From Mycolicibacterium smegmatis (lineage in GTDB: Bacteria > Actinomycetota > Actinomycetes > Mycobacteriales > Mycobacteriaceae): a DNA stretch of 32,000 nt. The stretch's first letter is position 1; the number at the start of each line of letters is the position of its first letter. Below, one piece after another: positions 26,004-32,000 of the stretch. The position numbers and the translations under genes are program-made. The stretch lies in contig NZ_LN831039.1 of the NCBI RefSeq assembly GCF_001457595.1, positions 3,720,001 to 3,752,000 on the forward strand, in the 5' to 3' direction. The notes beneath the pieces were generated by a model, which saw nothing but the letters and a program-made list of their open reading frames with translations, searched no databases and was not told where the DNA came from.

Positions 26004-27377
26004 ATGAGCCATCCCGGAGCTACGGCGTCGGATCGGCATAAAGTCGTCATCATCGGTTCGGGTTTCGGTGGTCTCACCGCTGCCAAGACCCTCAAGCGCG
26101 CTGACGTCGACGTCAAGCTAATCGCCCGTACCACGCACCACCTCTTCCAGCCGCTGCTCTACCAGGTGGCGACCGGCATCATCTCCGAGGGCGAGATCGC
26201 CCCGGCCACTCGAGTGATCCTCCGCAAGCAGAAGAACGCCCAGGTCCTTCTCGGCGATGTGACGCACATCGATCTGGAGAACAAGACCGTGGATTCGGTG
26301 CTGCTCGGTCACACCTACTCGACGCCCTACGACAGCCTCATCATCGCCGCGGGCGCGGGTCAGTCCTACTTCGGCAACGACCACTTCGCCGAGTTCGCAC
26401 CCGGCATGAAGTCGATCGACGATGCGCTGGAGTTGCGCGGTCGCATCCTCGGCGCGTTCGAACAGGCCGAGCGCTCCAGCGACCCGGTGCGCCGCGCGAA
26501 GTTGCTGACGTTCACCGTCGTCGGCGCGGGCCCGACCGGCGTCGAGATGGCCGGACAGATCGCCGAATTGGCCGACCAGACTTTGCGGGGCAGCTTCCGC
26601 CACATCGATCCCACCGAGGCCCGGGTGATCCTGCTCGACGCCGCACCGGCCGTGCTACCGCCCATGGGCGAGAAGCTCGGCAAGAAGGCGCGGGCCCGTC
26701 TGGAGAAGATGGGCGTCGAGGTCCAGCTGGGTGCGATGGTCACCGACGTCGACCGCAACGGCATCACCGTCAAGGATTCCGACGGGACCATCCGTCGCAT
26801 CGAGTCGGCGTGCAAGGTGTGGTCGGCCGGTGTGTCGGCCAGCCCTCTCGGCAAGGATCTCGCCGAGCAGTCGGGTGTCGAACTCGACCGCGCGGGCCGG
26901 GTCAAGGTACAGCCCGACCTGACGCTGCCCGGTCACCCGAACGTGTTCGTCGTGGGCGACATGGCGGCCGTCGAGGGCGTGCCCGGTGTGGCGCAGGGCG
27001 CCATCCAGGGTGGCCGCTACGCCGCGAAGATCATCAAGCGTGAGGTCAGTGGCACCAGCCCGAAGATCCGCACGCCGTTCGAGTACTTCGACAAGGGCTC
27101 GATGGCGACGGTGTCGAGGTTCTCCGCGGTGGCCAAGGTGGGTCCCGTCGAGTTCGCGGGCTTCTTCGCCTGGTTGTGCTGGCTCGTGCTGCACCTGGTG
27201 TACCTGGTCGGGTTCAAGACGAAGATCGTCACACTGCTGTCGTGGGGCGTGACGTTCCTGAGCACCAAGCGTGGTCAGCTCACCATCACCGAGCAGCAGG
27301 CCTATGCGCGAACCCGCATCGAGGAGCTCGAGGAGATCGCGGCGGCGGTGCAGGACACCGAGAAAGCCGCGTCCTAG
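26004..27377 (+). CDS. ndh: Type II NADH:quinone oxidoreductase (NDH-2)
   Basis: 457 aa from ATG 26004, with GAGGAG 5 nt upstream. Two dinucleotide-binding motifs are present (VVIIGSGFGG and VVGAGPTGVE), plus a C-terminal amphipathic/membrane anchor segment. Position next to the urease genes matches M. tuberculosis. Confidence 0.93.
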   Translation: MSHPGATASDRHKVVIIGSGFGGLTAAKTLKRADVDVKLIARTTHHLFQPLLYQVATGIISEGEIAPATRVILRKQKNAQVLLGDVTHIDLENKTVDSVLLGHTYSTPYDSLIIAAGAGQSYFGNDHFAEFAPGMKSIDDALELRGRILGAFEQAERSSDPVRRAKLLTFTVVGAGPTGVEMAGQIAELADQTLRGSFRHIDPTEARVILLDAAPAVLPPMGEKLGKKARARLEKMGVEVQLGAMVTDVDRNGITVKDSDGTIRRIESACKVWSAGVSASPLGKDLAEQSGVELDRAGRVKVQPDLTLPGHPNVFVVGDMAAVEGVPGVAQGAIQGGRYAAKIIKREVSGTSPKIRTPFEYFDKGSMATVSRFSAVAKVGPVEFAGFFAWLCWLVLHLVYLVGFKTKIVTLLSWGVTFLSTKRGQLTITEQQAYARTRIEELEEIAAAVQDTEKAAS

Positions 27378-27418
27378 CCGGTTCAGTCGAGCCGGTTCGG
27401 TCCAGCCGGTTCAGTCGG
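27377..27418. repeat. Three tandem 14-nt units at the ndh/ureD convergent junction
   Basis: GCCGGTTCAGTCGA / GCCGGTTCGGTCCA / GCCGGTTCAGTCGG, read directly. The first unit starts at the last base of the ndh stop codon. The third unit contains the ureD stop codon (27411-27413). Confidence 0.8.
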
Positions 27419-28052
27419 CAGGCAGCCGGTCACCCTGCCAGGTGGCCAGGCTGCCGCCGCGGGCCAAGCCCAGCACCAGTTGGTCTGGCGCATCGAAAGT
27501 CGGCTCCGGATAACGCATTTCGCTGATGCATGCGCGTGGGGCGGCGATCTCGTCGTCACCGAGTGCGCCGGATCCCAGCTCGATGCGGTGCCGCAGCAGC
27601 GGCGCTCCGGCCGCGTCGGCGTGCAGCAGCCCCGACCAGAAACCGGCTCTCTCGTTCGATCTGCCGATCTGGATCTGCTCGCGGATGCGCACCCGCGCGG
27701 AATCGGCGAGCTGCAACCGGGTTTGCGTGTGATGTGCCGAACCGCCGGCCACCACGGTCGGTTGCGGGTCCAGGTCCAGTTCGCCCGCGACCTCGATGTC
27801 CCAAACCGCCTCGGAGAGCAGGGTTTCGGTGCCGGGGAGCACGAGCGTCGCGGCAACCGTACGAATCCGCAGCCGGGCGCCTGCCTCGACGACCACGCGC
27901 ACCCGCAGCGTGTCGCCGCCCAGCGGGGTGGCCGCCGTCGACACCAGGTGCACGGTGTCGGGTTGCGTGCAGCGGCCGGCCAGCCCCCCGGTGGCCTCGA
28001 TCCGCGGCAGCCGCCCCGGCACGGCCACGATGAGGACCTGCGAGTGCATCAC
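27411..28052 (-). CDS. ureD: Urease accessory protein UreD
   Basis: 213 aa, last gene of the urease operon, of the short mycobacterial UreD type. The start (GTG 28052 or ATG 28049) overlaps the ureG stop (GTGATG). Confidence 0.85.
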   Translation of the reverse strand: MMHSQVLIVAVPGRLPRIEATGGLAGRCTQPDTVHLVSTAATPLGGDTLRVRVVVEAGARLRIRTVAATLVLPGTETLLSEAVWDIEVAGELDLDPQPTVVAGGSAHHTQTRLQLADSARVRIREQIQIGRSNERAGFWSGLLHADAAGAPLLRHRIELGSGALGDDEIAAPRACISEMRYPEPTFDAPDQLVLGLARGGSLATWQGDRLPAD

Positions 28053-28735
28053 ACCGTCTGCGCCGCGGCGACCCGCAACTGTTCACGCACCCAGTCCAGC
28101 ACCGGACCGGCCGTCGGATCCTCGGTCAGTGAGATCAGCGCGGTGGGCCGCTCCGCGCGCACCTTGGCCGCATCGCGGCGCATCACGTCCAGATCCGCAC
28201 CCACCAGCGGCGCGAGGTCGGTCTTGTTGACCACCAACAGATCCGAGAACGTGACGCCCGGACCGCCCTTGCGTGGCACCTTGTCGCCGCCGGCCACGTC
28301 GACGACGAAGATCTGCACGTCCACGAGTCCCGAGGAGAACGTGGCGGTGAGGTTGTCGCCGCCCGACTCGACGAGGATGAGGTCGAGCGCCGGGTTCATC
28401 TCGATCAGATCGTCGATCGCGTCGAGATTGGCGGTGATGTCGTCCCGGATCGCGGTGTGTGGGCACCCGCCGGTCTGCACGGCCGCGATCCGCTCGTCGG
28501 GCAGCACCGCGTTGCGGCGCAGGAAGTCCGCGTCCTCGGTGGTGTAGATGTCGTTGGTGAGCACCGCCAGTGACAGTTCGTCGCGCAGCTGACGGCACAG
28601 CGCCGCCACGAGTGCGGTCTTGCCCGAGCCGACCGGGCCGCCCACCCCGATGCGCAGCGGTTCACCGGGTTTGCGCACCCGTTTGGGCCGGTCGGTGTGG
28701 GTGTGGGGTTCACCGTCGAGGAAATGCGGTGGCAT
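28049..28735 (-). CDS. ureG: Urease accessory GTPase UreG
   Basis: Contains the P-loop GGPVGSGKT, plus ESGGDNL and NKTDL motifs. Confidence 0.95.
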   Translation of the reverse strand: MPPHFLDGEPHTHTDRPKRVRKPGEPLRIGVGGPVGSGKTALVAALCRQLRDELSLAVLTNDIYTTEDADFLRRNAVLPDERIAAVQTGGCPHTAIRDDITANLDAIDDLIEMNPALDLILVESGGDNLTATFSSGLVDVQIFVVDVAGGDKVPRKGGPGVTFSDLLVVNKTDLAPLVGADLDVMRRDAAKVRAERPTALISLTEDPTAGPVLDWVREQLRVAAAQTV

Positions 28736-28765
28736 GTCGAGCCTTTCGGGATGCGAACAACGAAA

Positions 28766-29401
28766 TCAGGAGACGAACAGCGGACGGTCGCGTTGGGCGT
28801 GGCGTTCTGCCATCACGTCGAGTAAGGGATCCGACAGATCGGCCAGGCCTGCGGTGGCCTCCTCGGCGACGGTGTCGCACAGCGCCGCCAACTCGAAGGT
28901 CACCGCGGCCACATCACCGGGGTCGAGCGCCAGCAACCGCTGCGCGGCGGTGGCCGACCCGGTCATCGTGGTGTAGACGACCGAAAGCGCGGTCTGCAGC
29001 GGATCCAGGCCGCTCGCGGCGCCCACCGCACCCGCCGCGACCGCCAGGTGCGGGCGCGTGCCAAGTGTGTCCCACGGACCGTCGGGCCATACCCGCCGGG
29101 CCAATCGCACCAGTCCGCGGCCCTGCGCACGCGACGCGTCGCGGCTCGCGGGTGACGGTGTGCGTGCGTCGATCTCGGCGTCGGCGACACCTGGGGTGAG
29201 CGTGCCCTCGTGCACGGCGACCGCGACCGACGCCGCGACGAGCCCGTGACTGCGGATGCGCCGCACCAGGTAGGCGCGCAGCGTCGACAGATCCGTGAGC
29301 AGCCCGCTGGTCACCGCTTCCTCCACGCCGCCGGAGTGCACGTGTCCCCCGGTCGGCAACCGGGAGTCGGCCAGGGTGAGAAGCGTTGTCAGGCTGTTCA
29401 T
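28766..29401 (-). CDS. ureF: Urease accessory protein UreF
   Basis: 211 aa. Begins LADSRLPTGGHVHSGGVE, a typical UreF N-terminus. The start lies directly adjacent to the ureC stop. Confidence 0.9.
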   Translation of the reverse strand: MNSLTTLLTLADSRLPTGGHVHSGGVEEAVTSGLLTDLSTLRAYLVRRIRSHGLVAASVAVAVHEGTLTPGVADAEIDARTPSPASRDASRAQGRGLVRLARRVWPDGPWDTLGTRPHLAVAAGAVGAASGLDPLQTALSVVYTTMTGSATAAQRLLALDPGDVAAVTFELAALCDTVAEEATAGLADLSDPLLDVMAERHAQRDRPLFVS

Positions 29402-31135
29402 CTAGAACAGGAAGTATCGCTGTGCCATGGGTAGCTCGGCGGCGGGTTGTTCGTCCCACACCTCGCCGTCGATGCGCACCGTGAACGTGTCGGGTTCGAC
29501 CTCGATGCGTGGCAGCGCGTCGTTGAGCGGCATCTGCGCCTTGCCGACCTTGCGGACGTCCTTGACCGCGACGAGTTTCCGCCTGACGTCGATGCGTTCG
29601 GCCAGGCCGTCCTCGATGGCCTGCGGCGCCACGAAGTGCACCGAGGTCGCGGCCGCTGCGGCCGGTGCGGCTCCGAACATGGGCCGCGGCAGCACGGGCT
29701 GCGGTGTCGGGATCGACGCGTTGGCGTCGCCCATCGCGGCCCACGCGATCATGCCGCCCTTGATCACCGCATGCGGGCGCACCCCGAAGAACGCGGGCTC
29801 CCACAGCACCAGATCCGCGAGCTTGCCGACCTCGACCGAGCCGATCTCGTGGTCGAGGCCGTGCGCGACCGCGGGACAGATCGTGTACTTGGCGACGTAG
29901 CGGCGCGCGCGCAGGTTGTCGGCGCCGTGCTTCCCGGAGCCGTCGCCTTCCAGCGCGCCGCGGCGGCGCTTCATGACGTGCGCGGTCTGCCAGGTGCGCA
30001 TCACGACCTCGCCGATGCGGCCCATGGCCTGCGCGTCACTGCCGATCATCGAGATGGCCCCGATGTCGTGCAGCAGGTCCTCGGCCGCGATGGTCGACGG
30101 CCTGATGCGGCTCTCGGCGAACGCGAGATCCTCTGGCACACTGGGTTTCAGGTGATGGCAGACCATCAGCATGTCCAGGTGCTCGTCGAGGGTGTTGACG
30201 GTGTGCGGCCGGGTCGGGTTGGTGGAGCTTGGCAGCACGTTGGGATGGCCCGCCACCGTGATGATGTCCGGCGCGTGCCCGCCGCCGGCACCCTCGGTGT
30301 GGTAGGCGTGGATCGAGCGGCCGCCGATGGCGGCCAGGGTGTCCTCGACAAAGCCCATCTCGTTGAGCGTGTCGGTGTGGATGGCCGCCTGCACGCCTGC
30401 GACGTCGCACACCGTAAGGCACGCATCGATGGCCGCCGGGGTGGTGCCCCAATCCTCGTGGAGCTTGAAACCCGCTGCGCCGCCGCGCAACTGCTCCCAC
30501 ATCGAGTCGGCGCTGACGGTGTTGCCCTTGCCCAGCAGCACGATGTTCATGGGCCAGGAGTCCAGGGACTCGAGCATGCGCGCCAGATGCCATGCGCCCG
30601 GCGTGACCGTGGTGGCCTTGGTGCCCTCGGCCGGGCCGGTGCCGCCGCCGATGATCGTGGTGATGCCGCCGCCGAGCGCCTCGTCCATGATCTGCGGGCA
30701 GATCAGGTGCACGTGGCAGTCGATGGCACCCGCGGTGAGGATGCGACCGTTGCCCGCGATGATCTCGGTGGACGGGCCGACCACCAGATCGGGGTGCACG
30801 CCCGACATGATGTCGGGGTTGCCCGCCTTGCCGATCGCAACGATCCGGCCGTCGCGGATCCCGATGTCGGCCTTGATGATCCCCCAGTGGTCGAGGATCA
30901 CCGCTCCGGTGATGACGGTGTCGGGGGCGCCGTCGGCGCGGGTGGCCCGGCCCTGCCCCATGGACTCGCGCAACACCTTGCCGCCGCCGAACACGGCCTC
31001 GTCACCGGCGAGCTCCGGTCCGCCGCTGCGGTCCTCGGTGATCTCGATCAGCAGGTCGGTGTCGGCCAGCCGGATGCGGTCCCCGGTGGTGGGACCGAAC
31101 AGCGCGGCGTAGTTGCTCCGTGACAGTGCGGTCAT
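29402..31135 (-). CDS. ureC: Urease alpha subunit UreC
   Basis: 577 aa. Contains the nickel-site motifs [24 protein letters not shown] and MVCHHL. The ATG overlaps the ureB stop (ATGA). Confidence 0.97.
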   Translation of the reverse strand: MTALSRSNYAALFGPTTGDRIRLADTDLLIEITEDRSGGPELAGDEAVFGGGKVLRESMGQGRATRADGAPDTVITGAVILDHWGIIKADIGIRDGRIVAIGKAGNPDIMSGVHPDLVVGPSTEIIAGNGRILTAGAIDCHVHLICPQIMDEALGGGITTIIGGGTGPAEGTKATTVTPGAWHLARMLESLDSWPMNIVLLGKGNTVSADSMWEQLRGGAAGFKLHEDWGTTPAAIDACLTVCDVAGVQAAIHTDTLNEMGFVEDTLAAIGGRSIHAYHTEGAGGGHAPDIITVAGHPNVLPSSTNPTRPHTVNTLDEHLDMLMVCHHLKPSVPEDLAFAESRIRPSTIAAEDLLHDIGAISMIGSDAQAMGRIGEVVMRTWQTAHVMKRRRGALEGDGSGKHGADNLRARRYVAKYTICPAVAHGLDHEIGSVEVGKLADLVLWEPAFFGVRPHAVIKGGMIAWAAMGDANASIPTPQPVLPRPMFGAAPAAAAATSVHFVAPQAIEDGLAERIDVRRKLVAVKDVRKVGKAQMPLNDALPRIEVEPDTFTVRIDGEVWDEQPAAELPMAQRYFLF

Positions 31136-31464
31136 CAGCCGTCCAGCCTCCCTGGTGGATTGATGCTCAGGCCGTACACCTCACGGGTGCCGCGCAGCGG
31201 CACCAGCGTGACGCGCTGTGCCACACCGGGTTCGAACCGCACCGCGGTGCCTGCGGGGATGTCGAGACGGTGGCCGTGCGCGGCCGTGCGGTCGAACTCC
31301 AGCGCCGAGTTGGCCTGCGGGAGATGCACGTGGCTACCGACCTGCACGGGCCGGTCGCCGGCGTTGACCACGTCGAGCGTCAGACGCGGTGCGCCCGCAT
31401 TGATCTCGATGTCGCCTTCGCCGTGGAGGATCTCGCCGGGCACCACCGGTTCGCGTGACGTCAT
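31135..31464 (-). CDS. ureB: Urease beta subunit UreB
   Basis: 109 aa. [40 protein letters not shown] is the canonical UreB sequence pattern. Confidence 0.95.
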   Translation of the reverse strand: MTSREPVVPGEILHGEGDIEINAGAPRLTLDVVNAGDRPVQVGSHVHLPQANSALEFDRTAAHGHRLDIPAGTAVRFEPGVAQRVTLVPLRGTREVYGLSINPPGRLDG

Positions 31465-31473
31465 GGCGGCCCC

Positions 31474-31776
31474 TCAGGCGATCGGCTGGTGGACGGTGAC
31501 GAGTTTGGTGCCGTCGGGGAACGTCGCCTCGACCTGGACGTCGTGCAGCATCTCCGGCACGCCGTCCATGACGTCGTCGCGGGTGAGCACACTGCGCCCG
31601 CTGACCATCAACTCGGCGACGGTGCGGCCGTCCCGTGCGCCCTCGAGCAGGTGATCGGTGATCACCGCGACGGCCTCGGGATGGTTGAGCCGCAGCCCTC
31701 TCGCCCGTCTGCGGCGGGCCAGTTCGGCGGCATACGAGATCAGCAAACGATCCTGTTCATGCGGGGTCAAGCGCAT
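31474..31776 (-). CDS. ureA: Urease gamma subunit UreA
   Basis: [35 protein letters not shown]... matches the canonical UreA start, so I chose ATG 31776. The track ORF begins 6 codons earlier, at 31794. Confidence 0.93.
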   Translation of the reverse strand: MRLTPHEQDRLLISYAAELARRRRARGLRLNHPEAVAVITDHLLEGARDGRTVAELMVSGRSVLTRDDVMDGVPEMLHDVQVEATFPDGTKLVTVHQPIA

Positions 31777-31858
31777 AGACGGCGATATTGCCATGCCCCG
31801 GGGTGATCGGCAGCCTCAGCCGCGGAGGCAGTTCTCACACGGCCGGTCGGCGTGTCGG

Positions 31859-32000
31859 TCAGGACTCGGCCGGCATGTTCTGCAAGCGCACCTGTCCGCG
31901 CGCCACCGTGCGGCCGTCCTCGTCGGTGAGGGTGATGAGCCAGAGCTGCTGGCGGCGGCCCCGGTGGATCGGCGTCGACACCGCGGTGACCGTCCCCGAG
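31859..32000 (-). CDS. C-terminal part of a PaaI/hotdog-fold thioesterase-like protein (Rv1847 position), truncated by the window end
   Basis: Not in the ORF track. My translation of the minus strand gives ...SGTVTAVSTPIHRGRRQQLWLITLTDEDGRTVARGQVRLQNMPAES* with TGA at 31859-31861. The H-x-G-R...W...D-x-x-G-x-x-VA pattern is typical of PaaI-type thioesterases. Confidence 0.55.
   Translation of the reverse strand, partial: SGTVTAVSTPIHRGRRQQLWLITLTDEDGRTVARGQVRLQNMPAES

Noticed and set aside
29447-31123. 558-aa plus-strand ORF opposite ureC
   Set aside because: It is an antisense artefact. The minus frame encodes canonical urease alpha with all nickel-ligand motifs.
27411-31776. Absence of ureE and of a nickel transporter in the urease operon
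   Set aside because: ureABCFGD without ureE is the normal mycobacterial arrangement (as in M. tuberculosis Rv1848-1853), so it is not an anomaly.

Overview
High-GC (roughly 68-70% by eye) actinobacterial chromosomal DNA with mycobacterial character. My best guess is a fast-growing Mycolicibacterium, M. smegmatis-like, but I cannot verify that without a search. I found no rRNA, tRNA, CRISPR array, transposase or integrase. The right third (about 20.7-32 kb) is a core mycobacterial synteny block that I recognise from M. tuberculosis Rv1847-Rv1862: hotdog thioesterase (partial), ureABCFGD, ndh, an LLM oxidoreductase, a degenerate SDR, apa, a GlsB/YeaQ membrane protein and adhA. There is no modABC between the SDR and apa. 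The left two thirds look accessory and contain five units. (i) A translationally coupled gene pair encodes a winged-helix protein and a 1068-aa protein with two separate P-loop NTPase modules (AAA/ORC-like N-half, HerA/FtsK-like C-half). It matches no named system I know and is my top candidate for an undescribed system. (ii) A polyol-type catabolic locus has a CUT2/Rbs-like ABC importer with two tandem ~86%-identical lipoprotein binding proteins, four dehydrogenases, and a divergent SorC regulator with an 18-bp perfect palindrome in the shared promoter region. (iii) An LLM oxidoreductase is paired with a catalytically degenerate thiolase-like protein. (iv) A phosphoketolase gene. (v) A CPBP protease, a CGNR zinc-finger regulator and a divergent unknown 163-aa protein. 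Most long ORFs in the track that lie opposite these genes are high-GC antisense artefacts.
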